The position numbers were made by a program, and so were the translations under genes. The notes beneath the pieces were generated by a model, which was not told the origin of the DNA, made no database searches, and was given only the letters and a program-made list of their open reading frames with translations. 64,000 nt of DNA from Desulfurococcales archaeon. Lineage in GTDB: Archaea; Thermoproteota; Thermoprotei_A; Sulfolobales; Desulfurococcaceae. Positions 48,037-58,023 of the stretch are shown piece by piece. The DNA lies in the NCBI GenBank assembly GCA_015520735.1, contig WAPN01000016.1:12785-76784 (forward strand), written 5' to 3'. Positions within the stretch are counted from its first letter, which is position 1. The number at the start of each line of letters is the position of its first letter.

Positions 48037-48423
48037 TCACTTAGCGGCCTTAGCCTTGAGCTCCTGTACCTGCCTAATTATTTCTTCTACGAGGTCCTTA
48101 GCTCCAGCAGGATCAATTATTGCTGCACTAGCTGCTGCAACCTCTATTCCAGTAACTTCGCCTAGCCTCTTCTTGCTGGGCACGTAGACGTAGGGTATCT
48201 TCTTTTCCTCGCATAGAAGAGGTAGGTGTGCAACAATCTCCGGCGGGTCAACGTCTTCTGCTATTGCAACAAGTTTTGCCAATCCTCTCTCTACAGCCTT
48301 GGTTGTTTCGTTGGTGCCTTTCTTTATCTTGCCGCCTGTTTCTCGCGCCTTCTTGAAGGCTTCATATACCTTTTCAGCCAGTTCTTCGGGTACCTCGAAT
48401 CTTACATAAAATGGTTTGGACAT
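48037..48423 (-). CDS. rpl7ae: 50S ribosomal protein L7Ae (K-turn binding; also a C/D and H/ACA sRNP and RNase P component)
   Basis: [55 protein letters not shown]. Confidence 0.95.
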   Translation of the reverse strand: MSKPFYVRFEVPEELAEKVYEAFKKARETGGKIKKGTNETTKAVERGLAKLVAIAEDVDPPEIVAHLPLLCEEKKIPYVYVPSKKRLGEVTGIEVAAASAAIIDPAGAKDLVEEIIRQVQELKAKAAK

Positions 48424-48499
48424 GCTTCATCCTCCTCCCGGTTAGGTCGTCTGGTCTAAAGCTACTGTCTATATCTGGGTATATTAATGTTTTGATAAT

Positions 48500-50263
48500 T
48501 TATGTATGTGAGAATATTGCTATAACTTTGTCCTCATTAATAGAATCTATTCTAGCAAACCCAACCCTATATAGCTGTATGTGATTCCCTGGTTTTTCTC
48601 TATCAATAATGTTTTTCTCCACGAACATGTAGCTTCTCCTTATCTTCATAGCCTCAGGTATGACTAGTTCTAGATTAGCGCTCTCGGCTGGTAATACCCA
48701 TTGAATAATCGGTGCTCGTAGCTTCTTTGCATCCTCATGTGATATGCTATGTAGATTTAATACAGCGATAATTTGATCTTCTGTGATTTCTATATTTTCT
48801 AGAACAAAATTACCGAGCCCCATTAATCTCACTATTCCCTTATTAAGGAACAGTTTGAGATCATTAGCTGAAAATGCTATTATGGAATTTGGCTTAATGA
48901 CATATTCGTGATAATCATTTTTATTAAGATGACGTGGAATTCTAGCTTTTATATTAGTGGAGAAGCCCTTAAGTTCGGCGTATACCGGTTTTTCAACACC
49001 CATGTATCTTGTGGCAATGGGATCGATTATTGACCTATTAATCGAGGCTAAATTCACATAGCTTATATGTGCATCTATCGCTTTCGTCCCTACATCCTTT
49101 ATAATTTCCCATAATGATTCTCTAACTATTCCTCTTCTTCGAAGCCCAGATATTGTACCGAACCGTGGATCATCGTATGCCTCCATTCCCTGCTCTCTAA
49201 CTAGTGCTCGCATCTTAGATTTACTCAGTATTACGCCTTCTAAGCTTAGTCTTCCGAAATGTATTGTTTCCGGGTATTTCCAGCCCATATGATTGTATAG
49301 ATAGCTTTGCTTGATCGTATTGCTTACATGCTCCTTAGCCCTGAGAATATGTGTTATGCCCATAATATGATCGTCTACGGCTGCCGCGAGGTTATAAGTG
49401 GGCCATAAAATGTATCTCTCGCCGACAATTGGGTGAGGAGTCTTTGTTGTATCTATTATTCTTGCTGCAACCCAGTCTCTAACGCTAGGATCAGGATGTG
49501 ACAAATCAGTCTTAACCCTTATTACAGCTTCTCCTTCACCATAATGACCTTGAAGTATCTTGTCAAGCTCTTCTAGCTGGGTCTCAATAGGCAGGTCTCT
49601 GTGTGGACAAGGTTTTCCAGAGTCTCTATATTTTTTGAATTCACTAGCCTTGCATTTATCAACATAAGCTCCTCCTTTCTCGATGAGCTTATAGAGTATA
49701 TCATAGAATATTGGTAGGCGCATGCTCTGAATGTATTCCTTGTCCCATTTTATCCCAAGCCACCTGAGGTCCTCCTTTATACGCTCATATGCTTCTGGGA
49801 ATGATGCTTTTGTCCGTGGATCGGTGTCTTCGAAGCGAAGTATCATTTTACCCTTATACTTTTCTGCGTACCAGTAGCTCAGAAGAGCTGGGCGTGCGTT
49901 GCCTAAATGTATAACGTAGTCCGGGTTCGGCGCGAATCTCGTGACAACTTTTCCCGGCAAGGCTCCTGGTAGTGGTGGTAATTCCTTCTTCTCTTCTTTT
50001 CTTTCTTCACTGAGAAGTTCTGGCCACTCCTTTTTGATGATCTTTATCTGTTCCTCTAAGGTTAATTTAGAAACTTCATTAACGACTTCACGGATTACAT
50101 TTATTATCTCTCTTATATGTTTCCTTATTTCTGGTATTTCCCCAACAACTTTCGCGACTACAGCCTTGAGAGATGGTTTTCCCTCATGTTTAACTGCGTT
50201 AAGAAGCGCATATTTATACGTGGTTTCCCTGACTTTTTCTAATAGTGATTTGTCCAACGTCAT
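48500..50263 (-). CDS. gltX: Glutamyl-tRNA synthetase (archaeal/eukaryal type)
   Basis: Class I signature HLGNARPALLSYWYA, RFEDTDPRTK, and a KMSKS-like ILSKSKM. 587 aa. Confidence 0.9.
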   Translation of the reverse strand: MTLDKSLLEKVRETTYKYALLNAVKHEGKPSLKAVVAKVVGEIPEIRKHIREIINVIREVVNEVSKLTLEEQIKIIKKEWPELLSEERKEEKKELPPLPGALPGKVVTRFAPNPDYVIHLGNARPALLSYWYAEKYKGKMILRFEDTDPRTKASFPEAYERIKEDLRWLGIKWDKEYIQSMRLPIFYDILYKLIEKGGAYVDKCKASEFKKYRDSGKPCPHRDLPIETQLEELDKILQGHYGEGEAVIRVKTDLSHPDPSVRDWVAARIIDTTKTPHPIVGERYILWPTYNLAAAVDDHIMGITHILRAKEHVSNTIKQSYLYNHMGWKYPETIHFGRLSLEGVILSKSKMRALVREQGMEAYDDPRFGTISGLRRRGIVRESLWEIIKDVGTKAIDAHISYVNLASINRSIIDPIATRYMGVEKPVYAELKGFSTNIKARIPRHLNKNDYHEYVIKPNSIIAFSANDLKLFLNKGIVRLMGLGNFVLENIEITEDQIIAVLNLHSISHEDAKKLRAPIIQWVLPAESANLELVIPEAMKIRRSYMFVEKNIIDREKPGNHIQLYRVGFARIDSINEDKVIAIFSHT

Positions 50264-50723
50264 TTTCGCTCACTACCGCTAGTATGTATTTTTCCGGTTT
50301 TTCCCACACTATATTGATTACGAATATGACTACGCCCTCACAGGGTGATCTAATTACTCTTACTTCATACTTATTTGTGATAACCATTCCGATCTTGTCT
50401 TTGACATTGATTTTTTCACCTTCTCGGGGAGAGACGTATGGTTCGTAACCACTAATTTCAATGAGACAAAGTTTTGTGCCCTTCTTTACAAAAAGGCCTT
50501 TTAACAGTTTTTCATCACTGAATTCGGGTACAACTATTGCGTCTTTTTCTAGGATTGGATTGGCTAGGTCGAAATATTTGAGAATATCCTCATATATGAT
50601 GTGACCATAGCACTCATTTGATACAGGCTCTTTAACTAGGACATACTCGTCCGATACTCGACAAATATACTTGTTGGAGTTCTTATCTCTTACAAAGATC
50701 TCCGGATATTTGTATTCTTCCAT
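50214..50723 (-). CDS. Hypothetical protein with a possible barrel-sandwich-hybrid (lipoyl/biotinyl-like) C-terminal half
   Basis: INVKDKIGMVITNKYEVRVIRSPCEGVVIFV resembles the ..Gd.i..ie..K....i.sP..G.V..v hairpin of lipoyl/biotinyl-type domains. The start shares 1 nt with the IDI-2 stop (TAATG), and the 3' end overlaps GluRS by 50 nt. Confidence 0.4.
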   Translation of the reverse strand: MEEYKYPEIFVRDKNSNKYICRVSDEYVLVKEPVSNECYGHIIYEDILKYFDLANPILEKDAIVVPEFSDEKLLKGLFVKKGTKLCLIEISGYEPYVSPREGEKINVKDKIGMVITNKYEVRVIRSPCEGVVIFVINIVWEKPEKYILAVVSENDVGQITIRKSQGNHV

Positions 50724-51844
50724 TACTCTATTCCTCCTCGTATCTCTTTGTATTCCCTCAAATCTATTCCTCTTTGCTCAAGATACGAGAGCATATCACT
50801 GCTTAAAATAAGTGGTTTCTTCTTAAGTTCCGATATGCTTTTAGCTCCAGTAAGGAAGGACACTATCTTCATTTCTTTGATCATCGTTTCAAGAAATGCT
50901 TTACCGGCATTGAGGCCTCTAAGATATATCTCTCGTATTAATGGACGGGCTACACCATTGAGATCAGCTCCCAAGACAATGTTCTTGATAGCGCGAAGAC
51001 CGTCATATACTCCGCCACTAGCAATTATGAAGGAGTCAGGCGCTGCGGCTCTTGCCTCTATGATTGCAATTGGTGTTGGTATCCCCCATGATGATAAATG
51101 ATCCGCTATAGTTGTGGTAATTTTGTCCTTTCGCCTGTACTTTTCTACGAGTATCCAATTTGTACCACAGGCTCCAGCTATATCGAAAAATCTTATTCCC
51201 ATAGAATAGAATAACGATACATCTTCGTATGAAAGACCGTTTCCAACTTCTTTAATAATGATAGGAACACATATATGATCTAGGATCTCCTCAATTCTTT
51301 CAAGAATCTTAACGTTAAATCTCGTATCTCCTTCAGGCTGTATAGCTTCTTGAGCAGGATTTAGATGTATAGCTAGTGCATCGGCGTCAATACTGCTAAT
51401 TATATAGGATATATCTTCATTTCTTAGATCTAGGAGTGTATTTGCGCCAATATTGCCTATAACTGGTACATCTTTAGCTATCTCTCTGACAACTCTATAT
51501 GAACGTATTATTTCAGGTTCATCTTTATGTATAAGTAAGGAACGCTCGCTACCAACACCTATCGCTATTCTAAATTCTTCGGCTAGAACGGCAAGTTTCT
51601 TATTATACTTAGTCGTTAAGGGATCTCCGCCCGTCATACCACTGATCATCAATGGTGCCGAGAGCTCATAGTTTAGAAATCTCGTTGAAAGATCAACGTC
51701 GGAAAGGTCGATGCCTGGGAATGCTCGGTGTACGAGTATGATTTCATTATATATTTCGGAGCACATGTTAGGGAAATCAACGTCTTTTTCAACAACTATT
51801 CTAATATGCTCAATTTTTCTATTCCTAATGTTTGGATCTGACAA
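50723..51844 (-). CDS. fni: Isopentenyl-diphosphate delta-isomerase, type 2 (FMN-dependent)
   Basis: NRKIEHIRI start, a TIM-barrel FMN-binding pattern (ISGMTGG, GVGSERS, IIASGGVYDG). 373 aa. Confidence 0.85.
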   Translation of the reverse strand: MSDPNIRNRKIEHIRIVVEKDVDFPNMCSEIYNEIILVHRAFPGIDLSDVDLSTRFLNYELSAPLMISGMTGGDPLTTKYNKKLAVLAEEFRIAIGVGSERSLLIHKDEPEIIRSYRVVREIAKDVPVIGNIGANTLLDLRNEDISYIISSIDADALAIHLNPAQEAIQPEGDTRFNVKILERIEEILDHICVPIIIKEVGNGLSYEDVSLFYSMGIRFFDIAGACGTNWILVEKYRRKDKITTTIADHLSSWGIPTPIAIIEARAAAPDSFIIASGGVYDGLRAIKNIVLGADLNGVARPLIREIYLRGLNAGKAFLETMIKEMKIVSFLTGAKSISELKKKPLILSSDMLSYLEQRGIDLREYKEIRGGIE

Positions 51845-51934
51845 AATCGATACACCATTGCCCTGCCTAAGGGATTAGTTGGTTACCATTATTTAAAATA
51901 CTGGGTGTAGGACGACACCTAATTATCTTAAGCC

Positions 51935-52801
51935 CTAGTATAAAAATCGTATTGCTGCGTACCCTACTACTGCGTTTTTATGTCCTGAAACATCACCACT
52001 AGTTGCATGTTTTAGGAGCTCGACGTGGTGACTGTCCGATACTAATTTGGCATATTCCATTAGCGTCATTATTGCGCCTGGGCCGCAGACAGATATGTTT
52101 CTGTCTATTATCACGCGGTAGAAACCCTCTGTATCTAGTTCGACGATCTTCTCGATCGCTAGCATGTCTTTCTCCACAGTTATTTCGTGGGGTTCGTAGT
52201 GGTTAAAATCACTGCTTGCAATGATGACTATATCACGCTCGAGCGTTTTTACTGACTCATAAATTGATTTTGCCAGGTCTTTAGCGGCATCAGGACTATG
52301 AAGGCCCATGACTATTGGGACTATATTTATATTCTCGCCATATAGGTATTGGAGGAACGGTATTTGTACCTCGATGGAGTGCTCCTCTATATGGGCGTAG
52401 GTATCTGCCTCCGCGATACTGCTGTTTTCGATGATGCTTCTGGATAGTTCTTCATCGATATTTACATAGCCTAGGGGTGTGTACCATCTCCCTCTTGGAT
52501 AAACTGAGACTAGTGAGCCTAAGCCCGTGTGGTTCGTGCCTATTATTATGAACGTATCTGGGTTTCCTTCTTCAGCTATTTTGTAATAAACGTGAGTGGC
52601 TATAGGGCCGCTATACATATAGCCTGCATGTGGAGCAATATATCCTACGCTGTTACGTACCCTTTTGTTGGATACTATGGGTAATTTTCCTGGGCCGAGA
52701 GGATGTAAGAAACTCTTTTCTATTAGTGATATGAGTTCTTTGGGATCCTCGGGGTAAAAATACCCTGCCACTACGGGGTGTCTCACCCCTTTAAATTCCA
52801 A
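51935..52801 (-). CDS. MEMO1-family protein (AmmeMemoRadiSam system protein B-like)
   Basis: VRHPVVAGYFYPEDPKEL, APHAGYMYSG and EHSIEVQIPFL motifs. Conserved neighbour of S2 in archaea. Confidence 0.8.
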   Translation of the reverse strand: MEFKGVRHPVVAGYFYPEDPKELISLIEKSFLHPLGPGKLPIVSNKRVRNSVGYIAPHAGYMYSGPIATHVYYKIAEEGNPDTFIIIGTNHTGLGSLVSVYPRGRWYTPLGYVNIDEELSRSIIENSSIAEADTYAHIEEHSIEVQIPFLQYLYGENINIVPIVMGLHSPDAAKDLAKSIYESVKTLERDIVIIASSDFNHYEPHEITVEKDMLAIEKIVELDTEGFYRVIIDRNISVCGPGAIMTLMEYAKLVSDSHHVELLKHATSGDVSGHKNAVVGYAAIRFLY

Positions 52802-52805
52802 AAAA

Positions 52806-53462
52806 TCACCTCCTCAGCTTAACCTCGAACTCGCTCGGAGGCTCGGGCAGGTCTCCATCGGGTGGAATAACTCCTTTTAGTCTAAGTATTTCTCTTGCAA
52901 GCAACCAGTATATGAGTGCTAGGCTCTTCCTACCCTTGTTGTTTGCTGGTATTATGAGGTCGATGTACTCTGTCCGGTTATCTGTGTCGGCAAATGCAAC
53001 TACGGGGACACCTATTTCTGCTGCTTCTTTAAGTGCTTGTGAGTCGGCTCTAGGATCTGTTATTAATACTATGTCGGGCTCGAAATACCATTTGAGGCTT
53101 GGGTTAGTGAAAGTACCTGGCATGAAGCGCCCTGTGAATGCTTTGCATCCCACATAGCTACAGAATTTCTTCGCTGGTTTTTGGCCGTACTGCCTAACGG
53201 ATACTACTGCTATTTTGCCTGGCTCAAAGTGGCTTAAGAACTTGGCTGCTATTCGTATTCTTTCATCTATTTTTCTTATATCAAGAATGTACAGTCCATC
53301 GTTTCTAACCCTATAAACAAACGGTTCCATGAACTTTGTACATATGTGTGTTCCTATATGTATTCCCGACGCTAGATACCTGTCTAGAGGAACGAGTAGC
53401 TCGACCCCTCTCTTCTCCTCCTTCGTATGTGTCTTGGTTTCGGGTGTTTCATTCTTACTCAT
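52806..53462 (-). CDS. rps2: 30S ribosomal protein S2 (uS2)
   Basis: [18 protein letters not shown] ... [33 protein letters not shown]. Confidence 0.9.
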   Translation of the reverse strand: MSKNETPETKTHTKEEKRGVELLVPLDRYLASGIHIGTHICTKFMEPFVYRVRNDGLYILDIRKIDERIRIAAKFLSHFEPGKIAVVSVRQYGQKPAKKFCSYVGCKAFTGRFMPGTFTNPSLKWYFEPDIVLITDPRADSQALKEAAEIGVPVVAFADTDNRTEYIDLIIPANNKGRKSLALIYWLLAREILRLKGVIPPDGDLPEPPSEFEVKLRR

Positions 53463-53476
53463 GTTGTATCACCGTC

Positions 53477-53686
53477 TTATGAGACTTTAGGGAAATTGAG
53501 TAATTCATATGCTATTTCTACATGGGATAGGAACATTCTTCTACAACAGTATCTCTTTACACCAAGATCATCTAGTACTTTGCCGGGATCCTCGCCTGCT
53601 TCAACTCTCCTCTTGAATTCCTCCCAGAGATGACCTATGGGTGCTCCACAAGTAAAGCATCGTACGGGGAAAAGCATCTGTTTCAC
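53477..53686 (-). CDS. rpo10: DNA-directed RNA polymerase subunit Rpo10 (N)
   Basis: [21 protein letters not shown] ... [12 protein letters not shown] zinc-binding motif. Confidence 0.9.
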   Translation of the reverse strand: MKQMLFPVRCFTCGAPIGHLWEEFKRRVEAGEDPGKVLDDLGVKRYCCRRMFLSHVEIAYELLNFPKVS

Positions 53687-54099
53687 CTATAGCTCTTCTG
53701 CCATCTTCTACGGGCACTATATCTGCCCCATTTCTCAGGCTCGGTTCTTCTTGGGTCACCGCTCAGCATGTATCTGTCATACTCTGTAAACACTCTTCTT
53801 AACTCTTCGTTGTCTCCTGCATAAGCTAAGAGACCCTTTGCGAGAGCCATTCTCACAGCATCTGCTTGGCTCATGTATCCTCCTCCTTTGACGTTGACAT
53901 ATATGTCGACCTTCTTCCATAGATCGCCTACTAGTACTAGTGGTTCATACATCTTTAACTTGGCAAGCTCTATCGGCCATATTTCTAGGGGAACACCGTT
54001 TATCCATACTCGTCCTTCACCGGGCTTAATAATGGCCCTGGCTATGCTTGTTTTTCTCTTACCTGTTGCGATCACTATTTTTCCCTTTTCAGCCATCAA
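53683..54099 (-). CDS. rps9: 30S ribosomal protein S9 (uS9)
   Basis: [12 protein letters not shown] ... [21 protein letters not shown] ... RRRWQKSYR. Confidence 0.9.
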   Translation of the reverse strand: MMAEKGKIVIATGKRKTSIARAIIKPGEGRVWINGVPLEIWPIELAKLKMYEPLVLVGDLWKKVDIYVNVKGGGYMSQADAVRMALAKGLLAYAGDNEELRRVFTEYDRYMLSGDPRRTEPEKWGRYSARRRWQKSYR

Positions 54100-54545
54100 G
54101 CCTCACCCTTCCATCCAAGGTGTTTAGCTATTTCTCCAAGAGTAATATATCCTCGTGCTAGCCTAGATTTGTCAGCTTCTTCGAATCTAATGAACTCCTT
54201 GTTCTGCAGCTCGGGTGGTACTCCATTATAGACTCTTAGGCGTTTATAGGCTTCCCTACCTTTAGGCTTATCCATTGGTAGCATTCCTCTAACTGTTCTT
54301 TTTAATATGTTATGTGGTGATTTCGGCCTCCTGATACCGTGTTTGTATGGGTTGTAGTGTGTTGTTACTTTCTCGATCAGCTTGTATCCCATTATGACTC
54401 TTTTACGCTCTCCACTGACCACGGCTTTTTCCGCGTTGACGATAAATACTCTGTATCCTTCGAGAAGTTTCTTTGCTACAATGCTTGCAAGCCTGCCCAG
54501 TATCTGGTCAGAAGCATCAATGTATAGGGTTTTTTCTACGCTCAT
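54096..54545 (-). CDS. rpl13: 50S ribosomal protein L13 (uL13)
   Basis: IDASDQILGRLASIVAKKLLEGYRVFIVNAEKAVVSG. Confidence 0.9.
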   Translation of the reverse strand: MSVEKTLYIDASDQILGRLASIVAKKLLEGYRVFIVNAEKAVVSGERKRVIMGYKLIEKVTTHYNPYKHGIRRPKSPHNILKRTVRGMLPMDKPKGREAYKRLRVYNGVPPELQNKEFIRFEEADKSRLARGYITLGEIAKHLGWKGEA

Positions 54546-54549
54546 TTTT

Positions 54550-54912
54550 TCACCCTATGATCTTTATATCTGTGCCCTTCGGGTTTTCCTTGGCTAGGTC
54601 AAGTATGTATACTGCTTTGCCGCCAGCATTGAGTATTTTCTCAGCAGCGGTTTTTGAAAATGCTAATGCGCCGACCGTTACAGGGTGATCTATATGTCCC
54701 GCGCCCAAGACCTTACCTGGTACAACGACTATATCGCCATCTTTCGTGTATCTGTTTATCCTGCTTATGTTTACAGCTCTCCTCTGTCGTTTGGGTTTCT
54801 CCAGTTCATCTGCTACAGCATCCCATATTTTGGCCTTGTATGTATTGGCTAGTTTCCTTAGCTCACGAATCGTTTTTCTGACCACTATGTTTGTTGGCCC
54901 AGTCTTTCTCAT
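54550..54912 (-). CDS. rpl18e: 50S ribosomal protein L18e
   Basis: RKTGPTNIVVRKTIRELRK ... VNISRINRYTKDGDIVVVPGKVLGAG. Canonical slot between RpoD and L13. Confidence 0.85.
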   Translation of the reverse strand: MRKTGPTNIVVRKTIRELRKLANTYKAKIWDAVADELEKPKRQRRAVNISRINRYTKDGDIVVVPGKVLGAGHIDHPVTVGALAFSKTAAEKILNAGGKAVYILDLAKENPKGTDIKIIG

Positions 54913-55766
54913 TTAGTGATCCCCTCCATCTTTAATGATTCCACCAGACTATCGAGCTTTGACTCGAGTACCTTGATGGCTTCTAGTAAAACACGTTTTG
55001 GACTTAATGCACCTGTGGTTTCGACTAGGAGGATGTACTCGTCTTTGCGCCAATTAATCTTTATTGCCCGATACTTACATGCTTCTTCGCAGACCTTGCA
55101 AAGGCTACAATCGAATATTCTGTCTGAGCTCACTTTTACTCGATCATTGTCAATTATCAATATGTTTCTGGGGCATACATTTATACAGTCTGTACAGTCT
55201 GGTGCCCTGCATTTTTCATTGTCAATGCTTATATCAGCTATAAACTTATGAGCAGCAACCGATACCGGACTCCACTTGGCGTGTTCTCTTCCTCTGCCAA
55301 GCCTCGCGTAGGCTTCGAAACTAATCATTTGTCCTGGGCTGAGTATCGCGATCGGTATCTTGTCATATACAGGTTTTACATCGGGATCACTTGTTCTTAG
55401 GTCACCACTGTAAAGTGTTATAATACTATTAGAACTTGGTGGATTTTCTCCCTCGAGATCGAGTTTTACAAAACAATCTTCTGTAAATAATCCTCTCTCT
55501 GAAGCCTCTCTACATTCTTCTGGAGGCTTGTATTTCTCGAGGGCTGCCTCACTTGTAAGGGGGATGAGCCCAAGCCTGTGTGCTATGTATTCATCATAGA
55601 AAATTGTGCTATTAACTGTAAATACTACAGTATCTATAGCCATAGTTGGAACATCAGCGATCATTGTTCGCCTTATGGAATTCAAAACATGTAGGGGGAT
55701 GTCTTTTAGATACAGTTTTACCCTATTAGACGATTTCTCTAAAATCCTGATCTCCAAGTACATCAC
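54909..55766 (-). CDS. rpo3: DNA-directed RNA polymerase subunit Rpo3 (D) with ferredoxin-like Cys-cluster domain
   Basis: LNSIRRTMIADVPTMAID dimerisation-domain signature, and Cys motifs CRAPDCTDCINVCP and CSLCKVCEEAC (4Fe-4S-type insertion). Confidence 0.9.
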   Translation of the reverse strand: MMYLEIRILEKSSNRVKLYLKDIPLHVLNSIRRTMIADVPTMAIDTVVFTVNSTIFYDEYIAHRLGLIPLTSEAALEKYKPPEECREASERGLFTEDCFVKLDLEGENPPSSNSIITLYSGDLRTSDPDVKPVYDKIPIAILSPGQMISFEAYARLGRGREHAKWSPVSVAAHKFIADISIDNEKCRAPDCTDCINVCPRNILIIDNDRVKVSSDRIFDCSLCKVCEEACKYRAIKINWRKDEYILLVETTGALSPKRVLLEAIKVLESKLDSLVESLKMEGITK

Positions 55767-55781
55767 CGGGAGAATTACAGA

Positions 55782-56183
55782 TTAGACTCTCCTACCTCTG
55801 CGGCCACCGGGCCTTCTTGTCGTATCGTGAGGTATTGGGGTCACGTCCTCAATCCTGCCTATAATGAATCCTGCTCTGGCTAATGCTCTAATTGCTGCTT
55901 GTGCGCCTGGACCAGGCGTCTTAGGCCCATGGCCTCCTGGCGCCCTTACTTTAATATGAAGTGCAGTTATGCCTTTATCCATGGCTTCGGCAGCCGCTCT
56001 GCTCGCCGCTATCATTGCTGCGTAGGGGCTTGGTTTTTCTCGGTCTGCTTTGACTACCATGCCACCGCTCCATCTAGTGACTGTTTCGGCGCCTGTTAAG
56101 TCTGTTATGTGCACTATTGTGTTGTTAAGGCTACTATAGATGTGGGCTACACCCCATTTAAGCTCTCTACCCATGAATGACAT
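55782..56183 (-). CDS. rps11: 30S ribosomal protein S11 (uS11)
   Basis: [24 protein letters not shown] ... [22 protein letters not shown]. Confidence 0.9.
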   Translation of the reverse strand: MSFMGRELKWGVAHIYSSLNNTIVHITDLTGAETVTRWSGGMVVKADREKPSPYAAMIAASRAAAEAMDKGITALHIKVRAPGGHGPKTPGPGAQAAIRALARAGFIIGRIEDVTPIPHDTTRRPGGRRGRRV

Positions 56184-56701
56184 TAGGCCTCACCCTCCGC
56201 GGCTTGTTCGGCTTTTTTCTTGAATGGGCTTGTGGGCGCGTAATCAATAAGCTCTTCTTCCTCTCTCGAGACTATGTATCCCGGTGATGTGACTCTTCTA
56301 CCCGCTATAGCTATGTGACCGTGGACAATTAGCTGGCGTGCTTGATAGATTGTTCTGGCGAGGCCTTTCTTGTATACAATGGTCTGTAGTCTCCTTTCAA
56401 GAAGATCCTCAGCTTTAAGCGATAGAATATCTTCGAGAGTGGCGTTTTCTGGCAGTAATCCGAGGTGATATAGTCTCCTCAGGAGGGCTCTCTCTGCTTC
56501 GGCTCTTACTTCTGCGGGTGCAGCTAGTAGTGAACGTGCTTGATGTCTAAACTTCCTGATAATAGTGCTGGTGATCCATAGCTCCCTCTTGTTCCTAAGA
56601 CCATATGTTCCAAGAAGTTTCAGCTCTTCTTCAAGTACTTCTTTTCTCCAGGGGTGACGTGGTCCCTCCCATTTCTTACGTGGTTTTCTTGGATCACCCA
56701 T
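56183..56701 (-). CDS. rps4: 30S ribosomal protein S4 (uS4)
   Basis: [17 protein letters not shown] ... S4 RNA-binding domain [30 protein letters not shown]. Confidence 0.9.
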   Translation of the reverse strand: MGDPRKPRKKWEGPRHPWRKEVLEEELKLLGTYGLRNKRELWITSTIIRKFRHQARSLLAAPAEVRAEAERALLRRLYHLGLLPENATLEDILSLKAEDLLERRLQTIVYKKGLARTIYQARQLIVHGHIAIAGRRVTSPGYIVSREEEELIDYAPTSPFKKKAEQAAEGEA

Positions 56702-56708
56702 TTAAGGA

Positions 56709-57182
56709 TCACCTCCTCTTCTTACGGACACCAACGGTTATCCCTAGCCTACCCGTTGTACGTGTGCGCTGTCCACGAACTTTTAGTCCAAGTGCATGCC
56801 TTATACCGCGCCAGCTCTTAATCTTCTTCTCGCGCTCAATATCCTGCTTAACATAGAATATTAGTTCGGGGCCTATCAAGTGCAGATCTTTGCCAGTTGT
56901 ATAGTCTTTCCTCCTGTTGAGCATCCATACTGGTATCTTGTATTCTTTAGGTGATTTTAGAAACTCTTCTATTCGCTTTATTTCTTCATCAGTGAGATAG
57001 CCTATGCGCATCTCAGGATCTATTCCTAGAACTCGGCACATCGCATAAGCCAAGTTGACACCGACACCTTTTATCTCGGCGAGTCCGTAAGCTGTTTTCA
57101 GACTACCGTCAATGTCTGTACCCGCTATTCTTACGATGTATCGAAATATCCTTTCGCTCAATACCTCTGGACACCCGCTCAT
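56709..57182 (-). CDS. rps13: 30S ribosomal protein S13 (uS13)
   Basis: FRYIVRIAGTDIDGSLKTAYGLAEIKGVG ... GQRTRTTGR. Confidence 0.9.
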   Translation of the reverse strand: MSGCPEVLSERIFRYIVRIAGTDIDGSLKTAYGLAEIKGVGVNLAYAMCRVLGIDPEMRIGYLTDEEIKRIEEFLKSPKEYKIPVWMLNRRKDYTTGKDLHLIGPELIFYVKQDIEREKKIKSWRGIRHALGLKVRGQRTRTTGRLGITVGVRKKRR

Positions 57183-57447
57183 TATTTATTCTCAATAATC
57201 CTTTTTGATAGGGATATTTCTCCGCCATTATAAGTTTATCCTTTCATACACGTGATGGTATAAACTGTAATAGATACGTGTATTGTTCCAGATATACATA
57301 TCATTGTTGGTGGTCAGGAGGGGCGAAAGGCTTCATCCCCGTATGGTCATTACCCTAAAGCGCTTCTTCATCTCATGAGAAATACTCTTGTCAAAGCCTC
57401 TACTAAATAAATTGGTTTGCTCCGGACAAAGTGTTAGGGAGAAATGA

Positions 57448-57537
57448 TGGCGCCGGGGGCGGGATTCGAACCCGCGCGCCCCCGTAAGGGGCACTGGCTC
57501 TCCAGGCCAGCCCCTTAGGCCGCTCGGGCACCCCGGC
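57448..57537 (-). tRNA. tRNA-Ser(GGA), no intron; CCA encoded
   Basis: Hand fold: acceptor GCCGGGG/CCCCGGC, anticodon arm CUGGC-CUGGAGA-GCCAG, 18-nt variable arm, T arm GCGGG-UUCGAAU-CCCGC, then GCCA. 90 nt. Confidence 0.9.
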
Positions 57538-57617
57538 ACCTAGCCTCATTATAATTTCCGATTCAATTATAAGTATGGTTTCTGGGTAATCAGTGCTTTG
57601 GAACAAACTCGTTAGGA

Positions 57618-57935
57618 TTATATCTTTCCATGAACTAGTTCTACTTCCATCCATATTTCCGGTGGTACACGAACACGTATTAAGTGCTTCATAACTCTTT
57701 CATCAGCCGCTATAAATAGTACACGTTTATGTATTCGCATTTCCCATTTCTCCCATTTCTTCTTCCCTTCTCCATGGGGTAGCTTGAGTGTTCTCACAAC
57801 CATTCTCTTTGTTGGGAGCGGTATTGGACCGGACATATTAACCCCGGTTTTCTTAACTATGTCCACGATCTTTCCTACGAACTCGTTAAGCACGTTTACA
57901 TTAGTGCTCCATATCTTTATCTTTACCATAGACAT
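57618..57935 (-). CDS. rps10: 30S ribosomal protein S10 (uS10)
   Basis: [40 protein letters not shown] ... [17 protein letters not shown]. Confidence 0.9.
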   Translation of the reverse strand: MSMVKIKIWSTNVNVLNEFVGKIVDIVKKTGVNMSGPIPLPTKRMVVRTLKLPHGEGKKKWEKWEMRIHKRVLFIAADERVMKHLIRVRVPPEIWMEVELVHGKI

Positions 57936-58023
57936 TGCTCACGCCTCCATTATCCATACTGTTCTAAGGATAGAAGAAGTGTATAGGGGTAGAAAAATCC
58001 TATGGTTGTTATTTGGAAGAACC

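Noticed and set aside
48424-48470. A possible autoregulatory K-turn in the L7Ae 5'UTR (GGAUGAAGC overlapping the SD/start, with GA dinucleotides upstream in CCAGACGACC).
   Set aside because: L7Ae autoregulation through 5'UTR K-turns is documented in some archaea. I could not build a convincing C-stem / 3-nt bulge / tandem G-A / NC-stem structure by hand here. It needs a K-turn-aware search before being claimed.
52229-52262. AATGATGA followed 24 nt later by CTGA (plus strand).
   Set aside because: It is too short for a dual-guide sRNA, has no C'/D' boxes, and lies antisense within the MEMO-family CDS.
57246-57283. The 8-bp hairpin, considered as an H/ACA guide RNA.
   Set aside because: There is no ACA trinucleotide at the required distance 3' of the stem on either strand. 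No internal pseudouridylation pocket or K-turn is evident.
57333-57654. 68-aa and 83-aa minus-strand ORFs.
   Set aside because: Both run through tRNA-Ser(GGA) and the adjacent spacer. There is no motif, and the composition is driven by the tRNA.
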